Below, piece after piece: positions 1 through 14,600 of a stretch of DNA of 64,000 nucleotides (its first letter is position 1; each line of letters starts with the position of its first letter). The position numbers were made by a program, and so were the translations under genes. Under the pieces are notes generated by a model, which did not search any database, was not told the origin of the DNA, and saw only the letters and a list, made by a program, of their open reading frames with translations. The DNA is from Ruditapes philippinarum (lineage: Eukaryota), in assembly GCF_026571515.1 (NCBI RefSeq), contig NW_026857949.1:1-64000 (forward strand), given 5' to 3'.

Positions 1-53
1 AAACATTAAGTTACAATTGGTAAAAATAATTTAATTTGTTTGACTGGTTTACA

Positions 54-3000
54 GATTGAGAACAGGAGTATGACATTATTACGGGAGAAGAACAGAGATC
101 CAGTCACGAAATTTAGAGGAGAATGAGGAAGATATGGCAGATATTATGAAGAAATACAAGGCAGTGGTACAGCAGCAGACGGTCGAATCAAATTTAAAAT
201 GAACGATCAGCTGGCTCAGATAGAGAAACTCACTATAGATAAGAGATAAACTTAGATCAGAGGTAGGTTTGAAATACTAATGTCAATAAGAACTTGCTAT
301 TTCCATCAGTATACCGCCTCACTAACAAGACAACAAGGCTGTGTATTGTTTGCTACTTTAATTTAAGTATTTTATATTTATAAACATTATATTAACAGGA
401 TCTGTTTCAATGACAATACAGGACATGCTTATTAAATCCTTTCCATGTTGAAATCTTGCATGAACTTTTCCATCTTTTAATTTGGAAAAATTCATTGATC
501 ATTTTTAGGGAATTTACAAAAATACGTACTGACTGAATAGCAAACAGTGCAGGCTATTATCAGATGACATGTATGTGCAGGCTGATCATGGTTTGTCCTT
601 GGCAACATGGGTTGATTCATTTGTCTGCAGTGAAAGAGTTATAATATGATTTAGATAAACTCCAAAGTTGGGAGTATTTAAAGATGATACATGAAATTGA
701 GTAGAAATGCTTATATGAAATATGATACATTTGCTTGATTAATGATTACCATATTGGTGTAGATGGGATGTTTTTCATGTTTGAATTTGCAATATACTAT
801 ATAATAAGTCAAAATTTTTCAGTTGCTTGTTATATACCTTTGTTTGTCTTCATGTTTGTATTTTACCTTCACCACTTGAGAAAGTAAATTATTGTCTATT
901 TCCATATTTTTTTTAGCAAACTTTAAGAAATTGGACAATGTAATTTTTATTTTAACTTTATACAAATATACTAGTATATTATGTATTTTAGGTGAATGAT
1001 TTGAAGGGAAGAATTCAGACGTATGAAGATGGTAGTGTGGATAAAACAGTTGTTCAGAGATTAGAGAATAAGATACGAGATCTAGAGGCCAGACTTGATC
1101 TAGAGACCACAAACAAGCATAGATTAGAGGTAAATAGAGATATTTTAAATATCCTTGACCCTCAACTTCAAATATGAAATGTAAATTCTGTAGAACTTTG
1201 TAATTTATACTCAGATTTGTTTGATGATTTTATTCACAGATTTGAAGTGAACTTATATTGATTTTGACCTCATATATAATTTGATGAAGTATTTGAGTAT
1301 TTGCTTGCCCAAAGGGTAACTTTCCTTGTGACAGAAACAAACAAACAAATCTCAAGCACACATTTGCACACACAAAGTTTAAAAAAATTATTTTCATGTC
1401 CTTTATTTAGGTCCAAGTGAACAGAATGAAGGAGCAGGCAGACAGATTTTCAGAAGAGAAGGAACAATTGACGTCTGCTAAATCCCAGGCAGAAGAAAAT
1501 ATCAAAAAGGTTCAGAGAAACCTACGAGATTTGAGAGAAGAATTCTCAGATGTTCAAAAGAGAGAATTAGAGATGGCTCATAAAAATTTAAAGAAAATGT
1601 GAGTGATTTCGTAAATTATAATGAGTTGAACTATGGTACACAATTAGTATATACCTATTTTCTCCATCTTAGCTATCTTGAAGGCTTAAGTTGATTTCTT
1701 GGGTAAAAAGATGAACTAGCGAAATCTGTATAGGGAATAGACTTACTTTTCTTTCAAACAAGGCTTCCATTAGTGAAATTTGGGAGTCATTTACTCCTTG
1801 ATTTGTTTTGTGATTTCCAAGATGTCATAGTTTTCTTTCTTTACCTATATAATGTAACATCTAATGTGTCAGAAAATTTGCAGTCTCTGACATCCAAATT
1901 TTGAAACTTAATGGAAGCCATGTTCAGATATTTCTGCAAGTTAAGTTTAATAAACAGAGATAAAGAAGATATTAGGTCACAGAAAAGGCTACTTAAATGT
2001 TGAAGAAAGAAATCTTTGTAATAGATTAAAGTTATCCAAAATCTTTCTCTGGAACATATGGTGGCTGGATTGTCCCTTCTTCTGACACACATACTTACCG
2101 TTTTTCAAAGCACCTTTGTTTATTGACTTGTATCATCTTGGTGTTACTTTACAACAACTTCTTCCCTTTATTTATATTTTATATGGATTGGGTCATGGTC
2201 ATGGAGGCTAAAAATAGAACTTCCCTCTTTTCATTTTTGTAAAGCATTGCTTTTAACTTGGTGAGAGTCATTGAAGAGAATCTATCAGTGTTGTCAGACA
2301 TTGCCTTTTTAAGATAAGCCGATAGATAGTGTTTTAAAAATAAGTTGTTAGTTCTCTCTTTGAATACTTGTCATATGCTTGGCCAGTCATAGGTAAACAT
2401 CAATACACACATATATTCTGGGTTTAAGTGATTATAACATTGAATATGTATATATTTTTCAGGAAAACAAGGTAGCAGAATTGGAGGGTGATTTCGAGCA
2501 AAACCAGTCTGACCTCAAACTTGCCTTCAAGAGAATAGCTGACCTTCAAGCAGCCCTTGAGGAAGGTCTTGACAGTGATGATGACTTTTCTGATAGGTAG
2601 GTCAAGGTCATGTTCTATACTAGGGTAAAGGTCATTTATATCAATTACAGGGGTCACCTTAAGAAAATAGTAATAATTATCATAAAGTAGGTCATGGTCA
2701 TGTGTCATAATGTCAATATAATAAAATATCTTGTTAAAGTCAAGGTTAATTAACTGTGTTGTTTCTATAAATAGAAAGATAAGGGAAAAGCTGTTTTGAC
2801 TTTATCAAGATCATTTAAGAATGATTTGAAATTTACTTTATAGTCTGGTTTTATTTTCAGGGTTTAAATTAAGCTATTTGAAAAATTATTATAGATGTGT
2901 TTTATGTGTTCATAATTTTGTTCCAAGATGAAAAACTTGTTCTCAATTTTGAATTTTTTAAACTTTAAATCAGAAGTCAATTTTGATTTGCAATGAAATG

Positions 3001-4219
3001 AACAAAAGGCTTTAGTTTTATTTTTGAAAAAACAATTATTCTATCCAGTGAAACTGAAGGCAAAAGTGATAGTGTAAATAAAGAAGGTATTAGAGCCTAG
3101 CTGAGTAAATTATAATTTTAGAACAATAATGCTTCCTTTAAGGATTCTTAGAATAGATTTTAATTCCTACAAAAGATTTAAGTACTAAATTAAAAATAAA
3201 AATTTAATAATTTATTTCTTTGCATCGCATGGAGTTGTTTTTTTTCAACCTAATAGTGTGTGTTTTATGTGTGTTTGTAGAGTTTTTACCATGTAATTAA
3301 TTATCTTACCAATCACTTGCATTTATTCATTTATTTCTTGTCACCATTTTTGATAAATATACATACACATGGTAGTATATATTGTTATTTATATATATCG
3401 TATTTGTCCACGCTAAATGTATCTGGAATCCTGTAGTTGCTAACACAGTATCATCGTCATTCAGTCTCATTCATCAACAAAATTATGAATTATTTAAGAA
3501 CTTCTTTATATGATATTGTGCATTCTTTTTGCAAATCTGTGATTTATCAGATTTCTTAATCAGAGATTTAGGAACAATTCCAAGAATTTGCTGGTCGATT
3601 TCAAAGTTGTTTTGAAAGTGTCGACTATTCAGATTCAACACACAGATTTCAGTTCTCAAGAATTCAAATTAAGGATTACGGCATATCTGGAAAAATATAA
3701 GTATCTCATAAAAAGCGAGAGTTATCTCTTTTAAATCATAACCCATGAGAAATTGACCAAATATGAAATATATTGGTCATACAAAGGATACAATGTACAA
3801 CCAGTTTGCAGGAATATATCAACACTATCCATGCACATAGTTGGAAAAACTGTAAAATTATATTTCCTATCTCTGCCTGTATGCAAGAGTCTTAATTTAT
3901 ATCATACAAATTTAGGAATTTGAAAGTTTTGCTAGGTTTGTATATGTTTTTGTTATTTGTGTTTTGTATGTTACGTGTATAGAAGCCATTTTGTTTTTGT
4001 CTCGTTTCCAGTGATGTAGAGGATGAGGATTCTGGGTCGGATATTGACACTTTTTTAGCGAAACATAAACGCTCGCCTTTAGGTGCCCGACGGAGAAGTT
4101 TAGAGAGTGATACACGATCGTCAAGGTTGAACTCGGCATCAAGTGGCCTCACAGACACACCTTCTAGTCCTAGATTAACCAATAGTATAGAACATAGTAC
4201 GTATCAAAGGAACATGTAG
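54..4219 (+). CDS. MYO18A: Unconventional myosin-XVIII-like, 3' coiled-coil tail exons (gene begins upstream of window)
   Basis: GT-AG exons ~54-262, 992-1129, 1411-1598, 2463-2596, 4012-4219 (TAG 4217-4219). Peptides EENEEDMADIMKKYKAVVQQ, VDKTVVQRLENKIRDLEARLDLE and QSDLKLAFKRIADLQAALEE match the MYO18 tail as I recall it. Exon 54-262 has frameshifts and exon 1411-1598 has a phase mismatch, probably indel errors. Confidence 0.88.
432..641. mobile_element. Degenerate MITE-like interspersed repeat (related copy at ~29430-29600)
   Basis: Shares the 'actgactgaatagcaaacagtgcag...atcaga...tgtgcaggctgatc' core with 29430-29600. Ends are degraded. Confidence 0.4.
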
Positions 4220-7200
4220 TGAAGAAATGCATTATGGGTTAAAATCACTCGGAGTGTGAAATGATTTTTCCCGGAGTTGTCTTTCGATTCGACTTTATTT
4301 CGCTATGTTCATGAATTTTTCCATCCTTGCTTTCTCCAATACTCAGGCTGATAGAATCTGTTAAGTTCCTCACAGAATGGATTGAAAAGTGTACCAGATT
4401 GGATTTTATTTAATTTCTTCCTCTTATTAAATGCTTACTTTTTAATTTGCAGATCTTCCTTTTTCAACAGACCTTATTAATTTAATAAAGACATTGATTT
4501 CTTTCTTTTTTTTAGCTTTTTTCTCTTGGAGTTCTGACTTTTGTAAACCTTTTTGTTAAGGCCCATTTTCTCAGAAACTAAGTTGTTAACTTAAACTTAG
4601 TATACATGTTCACCACCATTTCAAAAAAGACAGATATCAATCCTAAAATTCATTTCTGCAAAGTTATGGCTCTTATAGACCTTTTTTTTTGGCCAAGGTC
4701 ACTTTCAAAGACTCAAAAGCTATCAAAGATATTCACTTTAAACTTGGGAGTATATGTTCACTATCAATGTTTAAGGGTCAGATAATCTTGAAAGCCATAT
4801 TTGCTTAATTATTCCCCTTTTTCTTTTTTCTCAAAAACGTTTAAGTGAAATATTTGTTAACTATCAAGAGGAAGCAAGCCTGCCAAGCTTTTTTTCTTAT
4901 ACAGAATTATGGAATATGCCATCTTTTCTATATTGCTGTTATTAAACTATCAAGCACTGAGAAAAATAGAGGCTGATGTCCACAGACAATTCTTGGGCTG
5001 AATACGCTCAACTTAAGAGCTTTAAAAAGGAGTTAATACAGTTATATCATATACTAGAATTAAATACATCAAGCTGTGAGGGTTTTAGGATAGGTACAAA
5101 GTTCACAATGCAAATATTTAACAATGCCCTGAACAAACATTGTAAGATGTTTCAATAAAAGTAGAAAAGTTTTGTTGACAACAAACATCAGCTAAATTGT
5201 CATTGTATGAAGTTAAAGGTGCATGTTATAAAAACTGAATGCAAAAATAGTTCATTGAATTCCTACACTGATGATATGTATCATTGTCCTGGCATATGTC
5301 ACATCATACTCATGCCATTAAATGTCATTTCTGCATGGAAATCTCATGTGTGATAACTGCATGCATGTCTACAGTCACTCACAATTTTTATTATCTTAAT
5401 AACAGAATGGTTATTCTATTAATAAAATCAGATTTGATATGATACAATACATGTTTATTCACCTAAATGTATAAAGGTATATTCTATATAAAATTTTGTA
5501 TATTCTATCATAATATATTGTGATATCTAACATGTTCTAAAATTGGTGCTTGCCCTTCAAAAATATATAGAATAAAAATACAGGGATCTGGGTATATACT
5601 TGTTTTAAATATAGATATTCAAATGTTCAAGATATTATTAACATGTTTTACACAAAAAACAAGTTTTACGTTCTTTGATCACTTTTTCTCTTCAGAAATG
5701 TATTTTAAAAAAGTAAAGTACATATAGATGTAGTTTAATTAAGATATTGTTTCCATAAAGTATCAAAATAAATGTATTGGAAACATCATATAATATGATA
5801 GGTTTAACAAATGCTAAATTCAACATTCTTGTCTCTTTTCCAAGTGGAAAATGTTTGTATGTCCTTGATTGCTCCTTTTTTCAGTTACTGTAAACAGAAT
5901 TTTACAACAAATATTATCAAAGGTCATACAGGTCATGAATCGTATAGTATATATACATGTATATTCCAGATTTCATTAAATTACTTTTTGTATTTCCTAT
6001 ATTGCTGTTCAAATTTCTATCTTCCTCATCAGCTTCAATTAAGATTTTAAATTTTTGTTTGATTAAAAAAAACAACATTTTAACATGTGTTTTAATTCTT
6101 TACTTTTTATTTTTTTAAGGTGATGCCTGACCACACTGCATCTAGGAGATGATTTTTTCATTTACCAAATTCCCGGGCACGTGCAACTAAATCTCTCTAC
6201 AGGAAATTTTACTGAGGATTCAACAGCAACTGAACTTTGACCTTTCATTATATAGGTCAAGGTGATAAATCAAAATATTGATAAATTCTCTGATTACATA
6301 TATGGAGATTATTATGTATAAAGTGGCAGCTTAATAAAAAGCAGAGAACTATGTCCTAGTTTTGTGCTTTCAAGGCTTGGCAGACGCCACATAATCACAA
6401 TTTTGTAATGTTACTATTTATAGTATCAAAGATAATGTAAAAAAGGTATTATATTGAATATGCTGGTTTGACTGATACAAAAATAGCGAGCTTGAAAAAG
6501 GTCAAGTGCCAAATGTAAAAGGTCAAGGTCATAATGTAAAATATGTCACATGACTTTAAATGAATTATATGACCTTATGCAAAATGAAGTGTGACATTAA
6601 ATTTGTGATACTGTGTTAATGTGATTACATGTAGTAAGGGAAAAATAATGTCAACATTTAACAGTTATTTGTAGCTTATTTTCTTATTAATTAACATATT
6701 ATTTTTCAATTTCTTGTGATGACAGATCATTAAATGGCATGCAAACATACATCCTTTTCATGGGAAAGATATTATTATTGTTCCCATAACCATTTGTGTT
6801 TGGACAATAGACAGGTAAAATTGTCTGAGGGAAGTAATTTTTCTATTCCTGGTCAAACCGTAAAGGGGTTTGCTACTTTAATCATTTAATTATTTTCTTT
6901 TAAAATATGTAAATTTTATTTTTTGGGGAAATCAGATGTTTTTCTAAATTGCCATTTTAGTAAGGTAATGAATGCATTAAATACTAAAATATATTTATGT
7001 GATTATGTAGTACTAATGGAACAATGTTTAATCATTTTTAACTTTATTATATTGTAAGTGCATGTTTTTGAATTTTCTTTTTTTTCCTGTTCAATTGAAT
7101 TGAACACAATTTTTAACCATCTTACATGACTTGATTTAAGGAATAGACTTTCTATGTTATAGTAAAAGTAAAAATGAACTACAATTGTAACAGGTTTACT

Positions 7201-7902
7201 TTTGTAAAGAGAACTACAAAAAAATCATAAAATAAGAAAAAGAGTTGAGCAATTCATACAATACTTGAGATTAAGAAATCTTCACTGAATGTCATTCAAA
7301 TAATTATGTCAAGTCATTTAGATTTAATATGTTTTTGCATAGGTGTATGTAAAGAAGCATAAATGATCAATATTAACTGTACATGTATAATACAATGTAT
7401 GTACAAGTATATGCATTTACATGTACACATACATGTATAAGTGTTGGAAGTGTGACTGTAGCAGTGCTGTTGTATATAAATTCATGTACATTATATGGTA
7501 TATTTAAGTAACTGTTTTAATTATATTTATGAAATATCCAGTCTAAAATGGAATAAAGAAAATCTTGTAAACTAAATCAGTGTGTTCCTTCAGTTTGTTT
7601 GTTTAGCCAAAATAATCTTGTTGATGACTGAACAATGGTTGTTAAAATATCTCGTCCATAAATCTTGAACTTACCAACACCATCTCAAAAATACATCAAA
7701 GATTGTTTCAAACATAGTAATTAGTCCAGGCATTCCTTTGGAATTTTGTTATGTTAACATTATGTCTAAATTTGAGAGAGAAAGTTCTAACTTGTAGAGT
7801 ATGTTTTCTTAACTAATTAGTGTTATTGTTAGTAGGGGACATTGGCAGAACAAACCACTGCCACTGATCAACGGATATCATCTCATATTTTAAGAACTTT
7901 TA

Positions 7903-8110
7903 GTTTGTTTTGTTTTAAAAGTCAACCAAACTCTGACTGACCAACTTTCCTGGTGGAGGAAAACCTCGGTGCATTATTTCAGACACAATCGGCTACCTTA
8001 GCAGAATTGCCGACTTGGGCTTTCCATAAGCTTGTTGGATAACTTCATGTGAAAGAATCCATGGTGGTGAGAGGCAAGTGATATGAAGTCGGCGACTTTA
8101 ACCACTGGGC
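7903..8110 (-). mobile_element. tRNA-derived SINE remnant
   Basis: Minus strand begins with a tRNA-like head (cagtggttaaagtcgccgacttcatatcacttgcctctcacc) and ends in an (aaac)n tail. Similar to 13309-13572. Confidence 0.5.
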
Positions 8111-8660
8111 AAAAGAAATTGTGTAATAAGATACAACGTATATATGTTCTATTGATAAATGACTCGTGTCCATTTTGCCCTCTGATATATTTATACAGAT
8201 AATACTTGTAAGTAGATGTAATCAGCTATGGAAACTTTTTGAACAAGCTATCTGTTTATAAGCAGACTGCATCAGATCTATGGAAACCAACATGAAATTA
8301 TTTGAATTTTATTGTTTTCCATCAAGGCACTGTTGAAATTGCAACGTATGCATCAATTGTATCTATTTTGACAGCTGCCCTTGCTGAAAAATTGAAGAGG
8401 CTTCACTGATATATTTTGACAGGACGGGATGGGAAATAATTTTTAGAGATTGGTGTTCCATTTCATGTATGTCTAGTCCAATAACTTCTGTCAAATTGTT
8501 TTAGATCATCCGCTGAATAATTATTTTAATTTGAAATTACCCAAAGTTGAAAAGCATTTTAACTCCTTTCACTCACTCAAATCAAGTTTTATACTGATAT
8601 AACTCGGTAAATTATACGCACAGTACACGGATATGTGTAGGTAGGTTACTGCACAAATGT

Positions 8661-11600
8661 TTACAGTTTAGTTTGAAAGAATCTGCCGATCTTGAAATGT
8701 GATAGGTCGTATGAAGGATCCTGTCCTGTTGCTAACTGTGCCAGCACCTTGCCAACAACAGGCGACAACTTGAACCCGTGACCTGAAACAAATATAAACA
8801 TATTTTGCACAAAATTTTCTACGTGGCTCAATAACTCCTAAGAGAAGACAAAATCTGTTGATGCTTTATGAATAATAGACGTAGTTGTTTCTTTTATTGT
8901 TAATTAAAATTACAATTTGTATTTTGGGTGAATGCTAGATTTAAGGTTGTTTTTTGTTTCTTAAAGAATGCATACCAGAAAATCCAGCTCCTATAACTAT
9001 GTTTTTTCCACTTTGTGGTGAATCGGCGTCTAGCACAAAATCATGTTAATTAAAATAGCATTTGTTTTCGGGCGTTAATGTTTTTCTAAAACAGAAAAGT
9101 GATTCCGTTTGCAAACAAACTTTAATAACACCGCGACTTAATCCGATCTATAAGCCGTTTGTTTTCACATTGGCATCGGGTTTTTCGGTATTGCTCAAAC
9201 TAATTCGTGTGCATTACAACAAAGCTTAAAAACACTGGAAAATAACTTTAGCGTTAAAATAATTTTAAACTAGTTAAATCACATTTAACTACGACAAAGT
9301 ATCTTTTTTTAAACGATCAATATTAAAGTATGTCCGATGTAATTATCTCCCTAGTTGGGAAGTTATTTTGGTATTATTTACAAGGATCGATCAATCACCT
9401 AACCACTTGGTTTCCTTTTGATCTCCCTGCCAAGCCTGACCATTTTGTAGAAAGGGCATATATGTGTTTTATAATATTGTAATAATAGATTAAGAACATG
9501 TGAGATACTTATCACCTGCAGAAAATAGTGCCAAATGTGAAAGAATATAAGTAGCAATATGTAAACGAAGTGGTATTTTGATATCCATTCAAAATACTAC
9601 TTAAGTATAATTGTACTAATTGCCAGAAATGCAAAAGATGGCTCATCTATATGACATAGGAGTAATATTTGAAAAATAAATACAACAGGGCATCAAAGAA
9701 TAAAACTTTATTGAGAAATAAAACATAATAACACGTGTCTTAAAGGGCCAACAAGCCTTTGTTAAATTGAAAAGTCGTATTTTTTTGCTGTTGCATGGTG
9801 ATAGTTGTTTTATGTGCCTTGTAATTGGTGAAAAGTGTTGTTATGTGTTTATTCTTCAAGAATTAACGCTATCTTAAAACTATAAAAATTACCGTATAAA
9901 TGCAGGATTCTACAATACTTGGCTCTCTTTCCAGAGATGGAAAATGAGAGGCAATAACTAACTTCATAACGTCTAAAACCCAGGCATTGTCCACGCCGTC
10001 CCTGTTATCCGGATCAATATTTGGACCCGTATGAAGACATATCTGGAAACATGAGTGAAAAGAATATTCCGCCATATTTCACCGTAGCAACTTATAATTC
10101 CCTCTCAATGTATACATTTAATTAAGCTATTTTCTCCATCTATTAGTATAACATTTAGTAGAACTAATGTTCTCATCTGTTTTGATACATCGCTATTAAC
10201 GTACAAATCATCGCTGTTTCAGTGCTGCGGAAATGACGGAGCCGATGGTTAATGGTTCTACTCGGGTGACCGTGCAATAATGCTACGTACGTAGGGATAT
10301 CCGAGGTTACTTCAGTATAGCTTGAAAGTCAACACATGGCATTACAGATTAAATGCAAATGTTAAACTGAGAGCTTATGGAATTCTCCATGTCTATGCTT
10401 ATTTTATATCGAGCAAAAAATAAAATTAGAAAAATAACTTCTCTTGTCAAATACATCTAACGAACATATGTCATAACTAACTTTGACCAGTCCTGGATAT
10501 TCATTTCCTGGGAGACCGTAAATATGGTGTTTACCGGCAGCACCGTTCATTGTGAACGTCGGGAAATTATCAATGTTGAAGTCATTTCTGCCATGTTTGT
10601 CCTTCCAGTAACATACTGTAATTTTCTGCGGCTGTAAAATAAGACATAATACTGATGAACCCTCCGGCGGCGACAATGTTGCATGCCTAGGTAACAAAAT
10701 GAAATACTGCAAGTCGCACATTTAAATATGTTATCGGTGTCATATTTTGATATTAAATTAAATCCGTAAAACTTGATAAAATCTCACAGGGTTTCAACAA
10801 TGTAAATATAGTTCCGGTGAAAGAAAAAAAATGTAATAAACAATAAATTACCGTTTTTGAAATCTGCGTGTAATAACGAACGTGTCTAATAATACGACAT
10901 TCGTAATACGTTTTTATTGAACCCAAGGGGCTAAACTTGAAGTATGATATACATATTAGTATAGTAGCAGGCTCATTCTGTATCTGATCTGTATAAAATA
11001 TCGACAATGATCAACATAGGGGTCTATTCCAGGAGGTAGCTAGCTTTTGTAATCTTTTACTATTACATAAAGATTTAAATATTGAGTCTCTACAGAAAAT
11101 GTACAGCATATTATGTTAATGTTCCAAATACAAAAACTAAAATGTACCGTATATTACCCACCTGCAATGGTACGTTAAGCCCAATACGAGGGAGAAATTT
11201 ACCAGCCCATGGACCCATTGTCAACACAACGCTTCGAGCCTGGTAGGCTGCTTTTGTCGTCTGCACAGTCACTATGGTACCCGGCTTAAGATCCACCAGT
11301 GGTTCCCCATCATGTAAAACCCCTCCATACCGAACAAATTGACTCTAAATGCGATTTTATACATATCTTTAACACAAATACATTTTAGACACTACATTTT
11401 GTATTTTAAAGAGTTTTATGCTTTTAAATAAAGGTTTTACAGACGAGGTTTTTAATTAGTTTCTTAGAAAGGCGTCAAATTAGAGAAAACATTATTTATA
11501 TGACGACAGTCTCTGAGTATTAAACTTTGTTATATTAAAAAGAGACAATTGCTGTGAATGGTTGCCATTCTGAACGGGAAATAGATTAGAAAAACTTCCA

Positions 11601-14600
11601 TGAACTTGTTGAAGGACATAAGTTGTTTTGTGCATGTTAAACTTTTCAAACCGTATAATACGCATATCTATACATTATTATATATAATTAGGAAAGCGGG
11701 ACTAAAATATTATAGGGACGGAAGGTACGGTGTGTGACCATAATGAGGTTAATAAATGCACTGCCATCGTTAAAGGCACAGTATTCCTCAGACAAAAATT
11801 AATTAATTTTGCCTCCTTAAGAAAGGGCCAACATGAGTTTTATAATATTTAAATAATTGTTTTCGAGCATGTTAGATACTTATTATAATTGCTGGGCTTT
11901 AAGTGGTATCACGATAACATTAATGCAAAAGTTACGATGTTGTATTATGATTTGCAACAACAAAAATGTACCTGAAAACCCTGTAAAATTTTGTCAGACT
12001 TAAGAAACCCTCCTGACATGTCGAGAACAAACTCATAATTGTCCGGAAATGTCATCATCGGATACCTTTTGCGTTGTTCGTCAATACTAAGTTGATCGTG
12101 TTGAATACCATATCGTTTCATACAGTTCTTTGTCTCGGACAGAAAATGATCATCTTTTGGACCAATAACTAAACAGCCACAGTTGCTGAAATAAAGTGTA
12201 TTTCAAACGATTATCAATTTTATTTATTTTCACGGAAATTATCCGAAATCGAAATTATTGACATTTTTAAAATTATTTGTTAATTTAAAATATTATTTTC
12301 AAAACCATCAGCTATTTCAGCAAGATGAATAGAAACAGACAATATCTTACATAAAGAGCTGTTCTCCACATTCATTTTGTAACTCATCAATCATAGAAAA
12401 TGCCTCACTCATCATCTGCGTGTAGAAATCCTTGGCGCCGTATGCTTTCCGTGTAATACGGGACTGTCCGTGCGAACTGCCACGGCTATGGGGCAAGGGA
12501 AACTGAATATATAATTATATTATTATATACATGTGTGTTGATAGTTTGATAAATATTTATGTGTGTTGTGGACACGTCATTGTAAGACTAGTAACATGTT
12601 TCACCAACGAAGATATTTTGTGGATATCAAAACTTTATTTACATTTACATATTATAATAGTAACATTAATGAATTGGTCGACTTCTACACAAGGAGTAAT
12701 GGGATGCGAGAGAAAAATGGCTTTTTACGTAGATATATCTTATTGAATGAATGAAAACAAAACAATTGGGTGTCTTTCAGGTTTGTTAATACAACAGAAA
12801 TTGATATATCAACACAAATTTACATCATTGTTTTACAGCATGATTATAATAAATGCACATACAAAAGAGTTTGCTCATACCAACATTTTTTCAGGCGTTT
12901 CCCTATTTTATCATTTCAATACTATTTCTTTTTAATCTCTTTTTGATAATGTTTTATTGACTTTATATATCTTATTTTCAGAGGAAGGGCTAAACATAGT
13001 ATGGGATGGTTGATTGCAGAAGACAATATTTAGTGAGAGTCCAGCCTTTTATATTTTGGCGAACATAAATCAATCCGTTGATTGGATGTGGCAAGAATTT
13101 TCCATATTTCCAAGTTAGGAGAGGCTAAATTGGTTATGTTTGAAAAGATCTAGCATTTTTGAAAAGCGATTAACAGGTAAATCAAAGAAAAACTCTCTAT
13201 AATTTTAATACACAGTTGGTGTACCAGATTCAATTTTGTGTGCTACTGCATATATAACTTTTCTAAAGGGAATTCAGTTTTCATTCTCGGAATTACTAAG
13301 ATCAGAGATTTGTTTGCTTGTTTTTATGTCACATCAACACTTTACAGGTCATATAATAACTTTCAAGCTTTACTGGTGAAGGAAAAAGTGTGACATAGGT
13401 ATTATTTTTATCGCATAGAACCACCAATATTCTATAAGTTAGTTTGGGATAGCTATGTCAGATAATAGATTCCAAAAACCAGGCAGGACTCGAACCTACA
13501 TCCAGATTCCTACATCGTTAACACCGTAAGAAGCAAGTGTTTTGAAGTCAGTGACCTTAAACACTCAACCAAAACTTCTAATTTAGTTATCTGTACGAAA
13601 ATTAATTTAAAAACAAAGATGTCACTGGTTCCCATACAGTGTGTGTGAGATGTCTGTCTTTTCCAAAGAATTTTATAACGCAATCTACGATATTTTGGCC
13701 ATGCTACTTATGGTCGTCTGGAGCGCTCTTTTACCTAATTCTGTCATTACCGCTTCTTAATCTTGTTTGACATTTAAACACAAGTTGTCTTGAACAATTT
13801 ATGGCTGAATTTGTTTTTAAAGTAACGGCTAAAATCTCAGTTGGTCCCATATTAGAGTTGCTATGAAGTTAAATAACATAACTTTGCTCCGTCCTTGAAT
13901 TTGACGTCATTTTGCAACACAAAATTTACGCACCTTCATTGCCTAAAACCGTCCTTAACAAGCTGTTTATTTACGTATGACGTCATAATTTTCACAAAAT
14001 ATCATGCAATTGTATCATTTGATGTCGCAAAATTAAAACGAGAGTTTGCGTAGAAAATACATCTTTTAGCAACTTATTATTCAAGTAGCTATCGTCATGA
14101 AATCAAAGTGCTCCGTGATTTGTTGATCATGTTGCCATGGTGATTGTCGCTTTGCGAATATTACTTTTATTATGTTTTTTAATTTAAAAATATGTACTGT
14201 AGCATATAAATAGTTTAGCAAAATATTCAATCATCATATTGATATGACTGCTTATAATAATTTTATAGCCTTGTCTACGAACTTTCCGGACAGCCCTCGT
14301 ATAGGTGCCTTTTTATTCAGTATTTCCTACTTATATGGCGCATTATGATGTTTCACAGTCAGCGCTTCTTTCAGCCGATTTTCACGCTTTAAATTTTTTT
14401 AATTTGTTATAACAATATAACATGAAACATATTTTCTAAAGAAGAAAGCTGAGGCACGTTTTTGCTGAAGCTAAACGTGCCTCATTAATGTATGAATTAT
14501 TTGTAGATAATTCAATATAAAAATATAAATCTAAAAGCACAATCCTATCTTGCTTTTCATAGTACCTACATTTTCAGTTTGACATACAATTGTTTTATTT

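Noticed and set aside
54-1598. Myosin-XVIII pseudogene
   Set aside because: Frame breaks look like small indels in otherwise well-conserved exons with intact splice sites. Sequencing error is more parsimonious, though unproven.
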